Of a stretch of DNA of 64,000 nt, positions 1 through 8,623 are shown in pieces (positions within the stretch are counted from its first letter, which is position 1; every line of letters starts with the position of its first letter). The notes beneath the pieces are model-generated. The model was given only the letters and a program-made list of their open reading frames with translations, was not told the origin of the DNA and searched no databases. A program made the translations under genes and the position numbers. Origin of the DNA: an uncultured beta proteobacterium (lineage in GTDB: Bacteria > Pseudomonadota > Gammaproteobacteria > Burkholderiales > SG8-41); the NCBI GenBank assembly GCA_903893565.1, contig CAITMU010000125.1, positions 20,578 through 84,577 of the forward strand, written 5' to 3'.

Positions 1-303
1 CGGAAAAATATGCGATTACAAACCGACCCCAGTGTTATTTACGGTATGAAAAATACCTATACCGGACATTTAAAACACCATGATCTTTTGGTGGATACCC
101 CGTGGAACACTTATACTCGTTCCGGATTGCCTCCCACACCGATTGCCCTTGCGGGTTTGGCGGCCTTAAAGGCAGCCTTACATCCTCGGGTGAGTGATAA
201 ACTTTACTTTGTTGCGCGGGGGGATGGTAGTTCGCAGTTTTCAACTACTCTTGAAGAACACAATCTGGCCGTTAAGCGCTATCAAAGATCAGGAAAACCG
301 TGA
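1..303 (+). CDS. mltG: Endolytic murein transglycosylase MltG/YceG, C-terminal part (5' end lies outside the window)
   Basis: The frame is open from base 1. The translation (LQTDPSVIYG...NTYTRSGLPPTPIALAGLAALKAALHP...LYFVARGDGSSQFSTTLEEHNLAV) matches the conserved YceG/MltG C-terminal domain. The gene order mltG-tmk-holB is canonical. Confidence 0.85.
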   Translation, partial: RKNMRLQTDPSVIYGMKNTYTGHLKHHDLLVDTPWNTYTRSGLPPTPIALAGLAALKAALHPRVSDKLYFVARGDGSSQFSTTLEEHNLAVKRYQRSGKP

Positions 304-920
304 TGCGAGGGCGATTTATTACGTTGGAAGGGATGGACGGGGCGGGTAAGAGCAGTCATTTAAGTTGGATCCCTGACTTTTTTGCCAGTCGTGGAATTAA
401 GCTATGCGTCACACGTGAGCCCGGCGGCACCCCCTTAGGGGAAGCCTTGCGCCAAATGCTTTTAAATACCACCCAAAAGTCTCACCCCGATACCGAGGCA
501 CTTTTGATGTTTGCGGCGCGCCGAGAGCATATCGCTCAAGTCATAGAACCCGCCTTATCCTCAGGACAATGGGTGCTTTGTGATCGATTTACTGATGCCA
601 CCTTTGCTTACCAGGCTGGAGGAAGTGGGTTGGATTGGGGGCGAATTGAGCAGCTAGAAGCTTGGGTGCAAGGTGAGCTTCAACCCCACTTAACCTTGTA
701 TTTTGATGTGCCGAGCCAAGTGGGAAAGCAAAGAACGCAATCGGTTCGTGAGCCCGATCGATTTGAATCCGAAGGGATGGCCTTTTTTGATCGAGTGCGG
801 GCTGGATATCTTAAAAGACTTAAACAATTTCCTCATCGTATGCATCTGATTGACAGCACTCAAAGTTATGAGGATGTTAAAGTAATGGTTGAGAGTATAA
901 TCTTAAGTAATTGTTTTTAA
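303..920 (+). CDS. tmk: Thymidylate kinase
   Basis: P-loop ITLEGMDGAGKSS at the N-terminus, a DRF motif, and about 205 aa. The ATG at 303 overlaps the mltG stop (TGATG). Confidence 0.95.
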   Translation: MRGRFITLEGMDGAGKSSHLSWIPDFFASRGIKLCVTREPGGTPLGEALRQMLLNTTQKSHPDTEALLMFAARREHIAQVIEPALSSGQWVLCDRFTDATFAYQAGGSGLDWGRIEQLEAWVQGELQPHLTLYFDVPSQVGKQRTQSVREPDRFESEGMAFFDRVRAGYLKRLKQFPHRMHLIDSTQSYEDVKVMVESIILSNCF

Positions 921-988
921 TTGATAAAGTTATTAAAACCGTATTATTAATGTTATTTATTGGAAATATATAATAAGACTATGATTTT

Positions 989-1993
989 ATGAGTTTTTAT
1001 AGTTGGCACAAGCCTGCTTTTGATGAATTAGTCCGTCGAGCCGATCGTCTACCGCATGCCCTATTAATACGGGGGGCATCGGGTATCGGTAAGCGGGCTT
1101 TTGCCACGGCATTAGCCCGAGGATTATTGTGCGAAAAGCCTCTTAGCACTCTGGTTGCTTGTGGACATTGCGTCGCATGCCATTGGTTTGACGAGGGCAG
1201 CCACCCTGATTTTAGGTTGCTTCAACCGGAAGCCGATCAAGAGGTTGGGGAGGAGGAGTCTAGTGAAACGGATAAAAAGAAGAAAAAAGACATTTCTGTC
1301 GCTCAAATTCGCCAATTACCCCACTTTATCAACATTAGTAGTCATCGAAGTGGTCCTAAAATCATCATCATTCAACCCGCGGAGGCCATGAATGTGAATG
1401 CGGCCAACGCGTTGCTCAAAAATTTGGAAGAGCCGCCTGAAAATACCTTTTTTTTGTTAGTGACCCACAGACCTCAAATGTTAGCCGCTACGATTCGTAG
1501 TCGTTGCCAGCAAATACCCTTACCGATGCCCACAAAGGAAGAGTCCTTGTCTTGGTTGGAAGGCGTGGGGGTCAAAAATGTGGCGGTTGCGCTGGCTCAA
1601 GCGGGTGGGGCTCCTTTGTTAGCGCAAGAGATGGACAATGAAGCCCATTGGGCCTTACGCGCTCAGTTCTTGCAGGCCTTGTCCGCTTCGCCCTTTGATC
1701 CGCTGGGTTTAGCCGAAAAAATGGCCAATGAATCGATTGCTCAATTAGTCGGATGGTTACAAAGATGGACCTATGATGTGTCACAAGTCTGTTTTTCCAT
1801 TGAGCCTCGCTATAACCCTGATTTTAAAGAGATTTTAAATAAACTATCCACCTCGGTCCGAGGGCTAGAGATGCTACGATTTCATCGGGAGTTGGTTCGC
1901 TTTCAGCGGGTCATTAACCATCCCTTGAATCCACGGCTACTGCTCGAATCGTTTTTCTTACGTTACGCTCAATTGGTCAGAAAAAAGAATTAA
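989..1993 (+). CDS. holB: DNA polymerase III delta-prime subunit
   Basis: Clamp-loader AAA+ fold with GASGIGKRAF, the zinc module CGHCVACHWF and the SRC motif (IRSRCQ). It lies immediately downstream of tmk. Confidence 0.9.
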   Translation: MSFYSWHKPAFDELVRRADRLPHALLIRGASGIGKRAFATALARGLLCEKPLSTLVACGHCVACHWFDEGSHPDFRLLQPEADQEVGEEESSETDKKKKKDISVAQIRQLPHFINISSHRSGPKIIIIQPAEAMNVNAANALLKNLEEPPENTFFLLVTHRPQMLAATIRSRCQQIPLPMPTKEESLSWLEGVGVKNVAVALAQAGGAPLLAQEMDNEAHWALRAQFLQALSASPFDPLGLAEKMANESIAQLVGWLQRWTYDVSQVCFSIEPRYNPDFKEILNKLSTSVRGLEMLRFHRELVRFQRVINHPLNPRLLLESFFLRYAQLVRKKN

Positions 1994-1998
1994 TCATC

Positions 1999-2775
1999 AT
2001 GTATATCGATTCACACTGTCATCTGGATTTTCCGGATTTAGTTGGACGCCTCGATGAAATATTACACCGAATGCAGGAAAACTCGGTGGATCGGGCCCTT
2101 TGCGTGAGTGTCAATCTGCAGGATTTTCCACAAGTGCTGGCCCTGGCAGAAAAGCATCCCCATTTGTATGCCTCAGTGGGTATTCATCCTGATTATCCGG
2201 ATGTTCCAGAAACCACGGTCGAAGAGTTAGTGCGTCTATCCCTGCACCCCAAAATCGTAGCGATTGGTGAAACCGGATTAGACTATTACCGGCTCACCGG
2301 TGACCTCGATTGGCAACGTGAGCGTTTTCGTATTCATATTCGTGCCGCCGTCAAAACTCAAAAGCCCTTGATTATTCATACGCGCTCATCAAGCGAAGAC
2401 ACCATTCGCTTGATGCAGGAGGAGGGGGCCAGTCAAGCCGGTGGTGTCATGCACTGCTTTACGGAGTCATGGGAGATTGCAGAGGCGGCCATGGCGATGG
2501 GGTTTTATATCTCTTTTTCTGGAATCGTGACTTTCAAAAGCGCTAAAGCCTTGAAAGAAGTCGCCCAAAAAATGCCCTTAGATCGCATGCTGATTGAAAC
2601 CGATTCACCCTATCTTGCCCCCGTGCCTTTTAGAGGTAAGATTAATGAGCCGGGCTATGTACGATATGTGGCAGAAGAAATTGCTCGCTTAAGGCAATGT
2701 CCGGTTGAGGATATTGCTGAGGCCACCAGTGCTAATTTTTTAAAATTATTCAAAATCAAGGAGGGGAGGGCATGA
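1999..2775 (+). CDS. TatD-family metal-dependent hydrolase (YcfH-like)
   Basis: N-terminal IDSHCHLD metal-binding motif, C-terminal LIETDSPYLAP, 258 aa. It follows holB, as in many proteobacteria. Confidence 0.9.
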   Translation: MYIDSHCHLDFPDLVGRLDEILHRMQENSVDRALCVSVNLQDFPQVLALAEKHPHLYASVGIHPDYPDVPETTVEELVRLSLHPKIVAIGETGLDYYRLTGDLDWQRERFRIHIRAAVKTQKPLIIHTRSSSEDTIRLMQEEGASQAGGVMHCFTESWEIAEAAMAMGFYISFSGIVTFKSAKALKEVAQKMPLDRMLIETDSPYLAPVPFRGKINEPGYVRYVAEEIARLRQCPVEDIAEATSANFLKLFKIKEGRA

Positions 2776-3425
2776 TCCAATGGCTACCGAAGGTGTTGTT
2801 GTCCATCGCATTGTTAGGCCTAACAGGTGTTTACGCGCCGCTCATACAGGCTGACACCTATAACGATGTTTTACGTGCCGTTGAAATGAATTTTGCAAAA
2901 GAAGTCAATGGATTACTTAAAAAAGGGGTCGATGTTGATACCACCAATCAGGAGGGCGAAAGCTTACTTTTAATGGCATGCAAAGCGGGCAATCGCGATG
3001 TGGTTGAAGTTTTGTTAAATGCCAAGGCTAACGTTAATCTTCTGAATCAATGGGGCGAATCAGCGATTATGTTAGCGTCCTTAAAAGGATATACCTCAAT
3101 TGTAAAATTACTGCATAGTCATGGCGCCCACATTGAGAAGCGAGGATGGAACGCATTCATGTATGCCGCGGCTAATGGGCACTTAGACATCTTGCGGTTT
3201 TTGTTTGAACAGGGGGCAAAACTAAATTCATATTCTGAAAACGGCACTACGGCGCTGATGATGGCGGCTCGAGAAGGACAAACTGAAGCTGTTTTATGGC
3301 TCATGTCTAAAGGGGCCGATATTAATCACAAGTCAGACAGTGGTTATACCCCGATGAAAGTGGCTAAGATGAGGGGCATGGAGGATATTGTGAAATTATT
3401 ATCCAAGGCGGGGGCCAAAGAATAA
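2772..3425 (+). CDS. Secreted ankyrin-repeat protein
   Basis: N-terminal signal peptide (LLSIALLGLTGVYAPLIQA) followed by about five ankyrin repeats (for example GESLLLMACKAGNRDVVEVLL, GTTALMMAAREGQTEAVLWLMSKGADIN). The start overlaps the tatD stop (ATGA). Confidence 0.85.
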   Translation: MIQWLPKVLLSIALLGLTGVYAPLIQADTYNDVLRAVEMNFAKEVNGLLKKGVDVDTTNQEGESLLLMACKAGNRDVVEVLLNAKANVNLLNQWGESAIMLASLKGYTSIVKLLHSHGAHIEKRGWNAFMYAAANGHLDILRFLFEQGAKLNSYSENGTTALMMAAREGQTEAVLWLMSKGADINHKSDSGYTPMKVAKMRGMEDIVKLLSKAGAKE

Positions 3426-3554
3426 GGCTATTTTTGGATATAGAAAAATTGATCAAACCAAGCAGGGGTAATACGACAGAATGCAGCTATGTGTTGGTAT
3501 TTATAATGTAATAAAATTATATAGTTTGAATGTTTCTGTCCTACACTGTATTCA

Positions 3555-3593
3555 TTGACACGACTCTCTAATATGTACATAATAATGTACATA
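3555..3593 (+). promoter_or_regulatory. Near-consensus sigma70 promoter with overlapping direct-repeat operator, upstream of the toxin-antitoxin operon
   Basis: TTGACA (3555-3560), a 17-nt spacer, then CATAAT (3578-3583). ATGTACATA occurs twice (3573-3581 and 3585-3593, 12 bp apart), and each copy contains the palindrome TGTACA. An AAGGGG RBS and the ATG at 3609 follow. Confidence 0.5.
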
Positions 3594-3608
3594 TTTACAA
3601 GGGGTTTT

Positions 3609-3833
3609 ATGCGGGAAGCTACGTTCACCATGTTGCGCAATCACGCCAAGGATTATTTTGATGCCGTCGAAGGGGGGGATACGGTTCGTATCTTTCGCAA
3701 CGGCAAAGCCATTGCCGAAATTGTGCCGGTCCGTTCGGGTGTTCCATCCTGGAAAAGGCAAGCCACACCCTTGACGGTTAAGGGCTTGTCATTGAGTCGG
3801 GAAATACTGAGCGATCGTGAAAAGTCGGCGTGA
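3609..3833 (+). CDS. Type II antitoxin, Phd/YefM-like (partner of the PIN toxin)
   Basis: 74 aa (MREATFTMLRNHAKDYFDAVEGGDTVRIFRNGKAIAEIVP...), an N-terminal fold typical of Phd/YefM antitoxins. There is a good RBS, and the stop overlaps the toxin GTG start (GTGA). The longer ORF-track start at 3555 would begin inside the promoter. Confidence 0.8.
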   Translation: MREATFTMLRNHAKDYFDAVEGGDTVRIFRNGKAIAEIVPVRSGVPSWKRQATPLTVKGLSLSREILSDREKSA

Positions 3834-4246
3834 AGGTATTTCTGGATACCTCGGCTTTTGCGAAGCGATATGTTGCAGAGCAAGGATCGGACAAAGTGTT
3901 AGAGTTGTGCCAGCAGGCAGATAGTCTCGTCGTTAGTGTCATTTGCCTACCGGAATTAATCTCCACGCTGTCCCGCCTTCTACGGGAAAAGAAATTCGCC
4001 AAAGCGGATTACCAAAAACTGAAGGCTGAGGCGATGGCGGATCTGGCGGATGCCGACATCTGCCTGATCACACCGGACATTCTGGTCTCAGTGGTTCCCC
4101 TGCTGGAGACGTATCCACTTCGAGCAATGGATGCCCTTCATATAGCCTGTGTGCTTGCCGTCAAGCCTGACATTTTTATTTCGGCTGACCATAGGCAACT
4201 TTCGGCAGCACGAATGGCGGGGCTCAAGATTGTTGATGTGTCATGA
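3830..4246 (+). CDS. vapC: PIN-domain ribonuclease toxin (VapC family)
   Basis: 138 aa with the four PIN acidic positions in the expected context: FLDTSA (D6), LPELIS, RAMDALHIA and ISADHRQ. It has a 4-nt overlap with the upstream antitoxin. Confidence 0.9.
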   Translation: MKVFLDTSAFAKRYVAEQGSDKVLELCQQADSLVVSVICLPELISTLSRLLREKKFAKADYQKLKAEAMADLADADICLITPDILVSVVPLLETYPLRAMDALHIACVLAVKPDIFISADHRQLSAARMAGLKIVDVS

Positions 4247-4315
4247 GTCTCTAACGCAAATAAAAGGCGCTGTCCGGCCAAAAGATGCATTTGAGCACCT
4301 CAACTCCACATTAGC

Positions 4316-4513
4316 CCTCAAGAGATAGCATGGAGCCATTCGAGGAGAATTGTCCCATCCCATCAGCACACGAGAAATGTTACTGAGGCTCGCTATTTTT
4401 TGATTCAGTTTCTGCTCAATCAGTGCAATCTCTCCAAGCGGGCGATTGCTGAATCGATTGGCGTGAGTCCTGAAGTGGACCCCATCTTCTCGCAACACTA
4501 TCAATTACCATAA
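4316..4513 (+). pseudogene. Start-less remnant of a helix-turn-helix gene (possible recombinase or transposase accessory fragment)
   Basis: An open frame with no ATG reads ...RYFLIQFLLNQCNLSKRAIAESIGVSPEVDPIFSQHYQLP*. The segment LSKRAIAESIGVSPE looks like an HTH motif. It is flanked by non-coding AT-rich DNA and ends 70 bp before the dif-like site. Confidence 0.3.
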
Positions 4514-4582
4514 ATACAATGATGTGTTGCATTAAAAATGGTAGTTTTAAGCTAATTAAGCAACACTAATAAATGTACTATT

Positions 4583-4610
4583 GATTCGTATAATGTATAT
4601 TATGTAAAGT
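4583..4610 (+). other. dif: Candidate dif site (XerC/XerD chromosome dimer resolution site)
   Basis: GATTCGTATAA-TGTATA-TTATGTAAAGT matches 23/28 positions of the E. coli dif core GGTGCGCATAA-TGTATA-TTATGTTAAAT, including the entire central hexamer and the inner arm halves. It is intergenic and occurs once in the window. Confidence 0.7.
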
Positions 4611-4876
4611 AATGGATGGGGTAACATTCGATTATTCACATTAAGTTCGGGCTCTTATTGAACCCAACCCCAGGGACTCACCCCAACAAAACACGATACG
4701 CCCGCCACAAAGAGATCCGGCACAGGAAAAACGGACGTCAAACAAACTCTATTCTGCGTGAATTGAAAATTACTTTAGATTACGTTCATGTAATACCGGA
4801 TAATCGAAATAAAGTGTTATAGAATTCAAACGCAATTTGAATAATTGCTACAACAATAAGAATGCAATAAATACCT

Positions 4877-5860
4877 ATGAGAAATAAAAATATGGAGGAA
4901 ACCCTATTGATCATCCTGTTAAGCTTTGTGGGACTCATGATGATGAATCCTGCTGTGGCTCTTGATTACCCTAATCGTCATATAAGACTAGTCGTGCCAT
5001 GGCCTCCTGGCGGAGGCATTGATATTACAGCGCGTGCTATAAGCCCGAAGTTAACAGAAAATTTAGGTCAATCGGTGATAATCGATAACCGTCCCGGTGC
5101 CGCTGGCATGATCGGCACCGATGCGACTGCACGGGCTGCACCGGATGGATATACCTTAATATTAGGTGCAGCCGGTCCACATGCGATATTGCCACTGTTA
5201 AATCCAAAGTGCCCCTACGGACTGAAAGAATTTGACGAAGTGATCCATTTCGCAGATACATTCTATGTCATGGTCGTTAACCCTTCCCTTCCCATCAATA
5301 CCGTTGAGCAATTGATTCAAGCCGCGAAGTTAAAACCAGGTGAATTAACGATCGGATCTTCCGGTTCAGCAACCCCAGCCTTTATCTCGGGTGAATTGTT
5401 TCGTGTTCGATCCGGTGTCAATCTCAATCCTGTTTTCTACAAAGGCGCTGGCACACCAGTGCTGGAAGTGATGGCCGGTCAGATTTCAATGACCATTGAG
5501 ACGATTTCACCGATATTGCCTTACGTTCAAAGCAAAAAATTAAGAGCGCTTGCGATGACCGCATCGCAGCGATCCAATCAAATTCCTACAGTGCCAACCT
5601 TTGCTGAATCAGGTTTTCCTGGTTTTGAAGTGGTTAATTGGTATGGAATTTTAGTCCCCGCAAAAACCCCCTCCACCATCATTCAAAGATTAAATAAAGA
5701 ATTGACCTCTCTTATCAAAATCCCTGAAGTGCATGACCGATTAGTGGGATTTGGATTAGAGGTTTTTACAAGCACTGCTGAAGAGTTTACGAAATTTCGA
5801 AAACTTGACATGGTTAAATGGGCAAAAATCATTAAGGATATCAATTTACAATATCAATAA
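4877..5860 (+). CDS. Bug/TctC-family periplasmic solute-binding protein (tripartite tricarboxylate transporter receptor)
   Basis: About 325 aa with a signal peptide and family-typical segments (YPNRHIRLVVPWPPGGGIDITAR, DNRPGAAGMIG, APDGYTL, YKGAG). It is paralogous to the ORFs at 37211 and 46910. Confidence 0.9.
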   Translation: MRNKNMEETLLIILLSFVGLMMMNPAVALDYPNRHIRLVVPWPPGGGIDITARAISPKLTENLGQSVIIDNRPGAAGMIGTDATARAAPDGYTLILGAAGPHAILPLLNPKCPYGLKEFDEVIHFADTFYVMVVNPSLPINTVEQLIQAAKLKPGELTIGSSGSATPAFISGELFRVRSGVNLNPVFYKGAGTPVLEVMAGQISMTIETISPILPYVQSKKLRALAMTASQRSNQIPTVPTFAESGFPGFEVVNWYGILVPAKTPSTIIQRLNKELTSLIKIPEVHDRLVGFGLEVFTSTAEEFTKFRKLDMVKWAKIIKDINLQYQ

Positions 5861-5917
5861 ATGATCTAAAGCCTTTAGGAGAAATGCTTTTTCAAAGACG
5901 CTGAAATGACGGCCTTA

Positions 5918-6709
5918 TTAAAGATCAATTCCATAATCTTGTTTGGCTTTTTTCATCACGTCAGGGCCAGGCATTTGATAGAGCATTTTTCGACTCACGA
6001 CCGTACCCATGATTTTATGAAGTTTAACGGCCGTCTCCGTCATTTTTATTAGCATGGCTAATCCGTCGACGATTAAGGCCCCTTCTATTTCTCTAAGCCC
6101 TCGCCTCGCTTGCATAACGGCATGTGAGCCACAAGGAATGATGACCTCTGCACCGGCTCTGACGGCTCTTTTTGCCGCAAGATCAAATTCGTTCATAATC
6201 CTTTCATGCGCCTTAGGATCAATAAATCCTTGCCGAAAATCAGTTAAATCTGGAATGTTCATCGCTTCAATAGACGCTAAGCGATCAGTAAGGCCATAGA
6301 GCATTAATTTTTGCTCATAAGACAGGGCAAATTTAGGATTGGGCGTTATGAGTGAAAAACGTCTTCCCATCATGCAAGCCATGAGAGCCGTTGTTTCCAG
6401 AAAACCCATAACGGGAATATCAAGAATTTCTCGCGCTTCGACTAAGGCTGGATCGGTGGAATTAAGACTCACGAATGCGTCGTAGCGTTTTTCTCCAGTC
6501 GCGGCTTTGCATTTTAAAACGTTTTCAATAATATCAGGCATGTCGATAGCCTGGAAAAAACGAAACTGTTCTCCTAGACCCCCTTTAGCCGTGCCATGCA
6601 CTTCAATCTCAACGCCCGGGTCGGCTATGGATCGAAGGTGTTGCTCTAAGGCTTCGTGAAAATTAGGATTTCTTTGTCGAGATGAAAATACCTGAACCCA
6701 TAATCGCAT
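5918..6709 (-). CDS. Asp/Glu/hydantoin-racemase-family protein
   Basis: About 263 aa with the racemase-like two-domain pattern (DAFVSLNSTDPALVEAREILDIPVMG ... AEVIIPCGSH). The start is set at the ATG at 6709 (MRLWVQV), which has a GGGGGG RBS. The longer ORF would overlap the upstream gene. Confidence 0.7.
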   Translation of the reverse strand: MRLWVQVFSSRQRNPNFHEALEQHLRSIADPGVEIEVHGTAKGGLGEQFRFFQAIDMPDIIENVLKCKAATGEKRYDAFVSLNSTDPALVEAREILDIPVMGFLETTALMACMMGRRFSLITPNPKFALSYEQKLMLYGLTDRLASIEAMNIPDLTDFRQGFIDPKAHERIMNEFDLAAKRAVRAGAEVIIPCGSHAVMQARRGLREIEGALIVDGLAMLIKMTETAVKLHKIMGTVVSRKMLYQMPGPDVMKKAKQDYGIDL

Positions 6710-6737
6710 GATTAAAATCCCCCCATTTATTTTTTTA

Positions 6738-7622
6738 TCATTTTTTATTTTTAAAGCCAAACAATTTAGCGGGGTTATCCACTAAGATCTTTTGCTGAAT
6801 ATTTTTATCAGGCATCCATTGAGCAATTAGATTAAATAAATCAATCGAATGGACTCGATGTGAATTGGATAGATAAGGGTAATCACTCCCCCAAATAACA
6901 TGATCGGGCGCTGCTTCAATCAGTGTTCTTGCTATGACAGTTGAGTCCTCAAACAAAGGTTCACTGGCCATTCGATAAGGAGCGGTTAATTTCATGTAAC
7001 AACGACCTGGGCCATGCTTTAAAAAATCAACCATTTTGAGAAGGCCGGGTTGTTTAGCACCATCACGGGCTAGGAACATTCCAAAGTGGGCCAAGGTAAA
7101 TTGAGATTTTAGATTTTTGTAGACATCTAACATCTCCACTATTAACCAACTGGGTGACAAAATATCCAGTTGCCAACCGATTTCAGCGCATCGGGCATCC
7201 AGTCTTAATAACCGTGGTAAATGTTTTTCCATGAGCCCAGCTTCCACAGGGCGATTGGGCGGACCTAAGTTAAATCGAATACCGACAACCCCAGCGCTGT
7301 GTAACCGGGCTAACTCAGCATCGCTAATGTTTTCATCAACATCGGCAATACCTTTGGCATTATCACCACACAGTTTGATCGCGTCCAGCATGCATGAGTT
7401 ATCACGACCGTAAGTGCTCGGTTGTGTAAATACCATACGCTCTATTCCGCATTGCGTCGCAAAGTCCTGATATTGCGCCATGTAATCAGCCAACGGAAGT
7501 GCGGGAGGAACGTTTCTTTTTTCAGCGCTATAAGGATAGGTGACAGGATCTCCAAATACATGCAGATGCGTGTCGCAACTCAATGGGGGGGCTTTTAAAA
7601 TCGGCTTTTTATTATCGATCAC
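6738..7622 (-). CDS. Amidohydrolase-2 family hydrolase (LigI/lactonase-like)
   Basis: N-terminal metal motif CDTHLHVF and C-terminal WGSDYPY, 294 aa. The start is GTG with an AGGAAG RBS. Confidence 0.85.
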   Translation of the reverse strand: MIDNKKPILKAPPLSCDTHLHVFGDPVTYPYSAEKRNVPPALPLADYMAQYQDFATQCGIERMVFTQPSTYGRDNSCMLDAIKLCGDNAKGIADVDENISDAELARLHSAGVVGIRFNLGPPNRPVEAGLMEKHLPRLLRLDARCAEIGWQLDILSPSWLIVEMLDVYKNLKSQFTLAHFGMFLARDGAKQPGLLKMVDFLKHGPGRCYMKLTAPYRMASEPLFEDSTVIARTLIEAAPDHVIWGSDYPYLSNSHRVHSIDLFNLIAQWMPDKNIQQKILVDNPAKLFGFKNKK

Positions 7623-7837
7623 TATGGCTTCTTCCTCTATTGTTAATGGCGGCTAGCGCATTGAGGATTTTTTTTCGTTCAATGGCGCTTTACAAGTATT
7701 CTGATACTACCAAATATTGTTAGAAAATTTGTCTTTTGAGTATTTTTTTAATAATAATCTAAGATAGGACATTCATGTAAAATGAATGATATAAAAATTC
7801 ACTGGTGTTGATCCAACTAAATGAGTCGGGGAAAATA

Positions 7838-8623
7838 ATGATGCAACCAAATAGAATTCGTCGGGTTATTGCGCAGGGTGGCGTTGCCGTGGGAATGCAA
7901 ATCATGGAATTTGGTACTCGTGGCATGGCAAAGATTTTAGCCACCACCGATATTGATTACGTGATCATTGATATGGAGCATAGTGGATTTGGCTTAGATC
8001 GTGTGGCCGACATCATTGCTTGGTTTAAGGCAACTGATATAGCCACGATTGTACGTGTGCCTGAAAATCTTTATCATTATTTGGCGGGTGCTCTGGATGC
8101 AGGTGCAACGGGAGTGCAAGTGGCGAGTATCGAAACCGCCGAGCAAGCTCGCGCTGTCATTCAATCAGTTAAGTATGCGCCGATGGGGAATCGTGGATTA
8201 GGATTAACTGCCGCACATAGTGATTTTAAAACCCCGAAGGCCTCAGAATATTTACCATTTAAAAATAAAGACACGGTCGTGATCATGCAAATTGAAACCG
8301 TTAAAGGTCTTGAGAATTGCGATGCAATTGCTGCGGTAGAAGGGTTGGATGTGCTTGCGGTGGGTGCAAATGACATGACTTTTTCTTTAGGTATTCATGG
8401 TCAATTTGAGCACCCTCTTCTGACTCAAGCGATGGAAAAAGTTATTGCCAGTTGTAAAAAACATGGAAAAATTGGTAAATGTCATCCTCACCATACTGAG
8501 CAAATCGCACAATTTGCCAAAATGGGATACTCCATGATGATGGCCAATAGTGATGTCTCGCACCTTCGTTCTGGAGTTAAGGCAAGCGTTGAGAAGCTTC
8601 GTAGCCAGAGTAAAATTTCTTGA
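7838..8623 (+). CDS. HpcH/HpaI-family 2-keto-3-deoxy-acid aldolase
   Basis: About 261 aa: DYVIIDMEHSG, IVRVPEN, MQIETVKGLEN and GANDMTFSLG are typical of class II HpcH/HpaI aldolases. The start is moved to the ATG at 7838, behind a GGGG RBS. Confidence 0.85.
   Translation: MMQPNRIRRVIAQGGVAVGMQIMEFGTRGMAKILATTDIDYVIIDMEHSGFGLDRVADIIAWFKATDIATIVRVPENLYHYLAGALDAGATGVQVASIETAEQARAVIQSVKYAPMGNRGLGLTAAHSDFKTPKASEYLPFKNKDTVVIMQIETVKGLENCDAIAAVEGLDVLAVGANDMTFSLGIHGQFEHPLLTQAMEKVIASCKKHGKIGKCHPHHTEQIAQFAKMGYSMMMANSDVSHLRSGVKASVEKLRSQSKIS

Noticed and set aside
3571-3600. The TA operator region, considered as a second (pseudo-)dif that could delimit an integrated element.
   Set aside because: Its reverse complement shares only the TTATGTA core with dif. 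There is no acceptable central region or XerC arm. It is better explained as an antitoxin operator overlapping the promoter.
4241-4504. An 87-aa minus-strand ORF next to vapC.
   Set aside because: It has no RBS and no recognisable domain. The opposite (+) strand of the same DNA gives a more protein-like HTH fragment, so I treat the minus-strand ORF as spurious.
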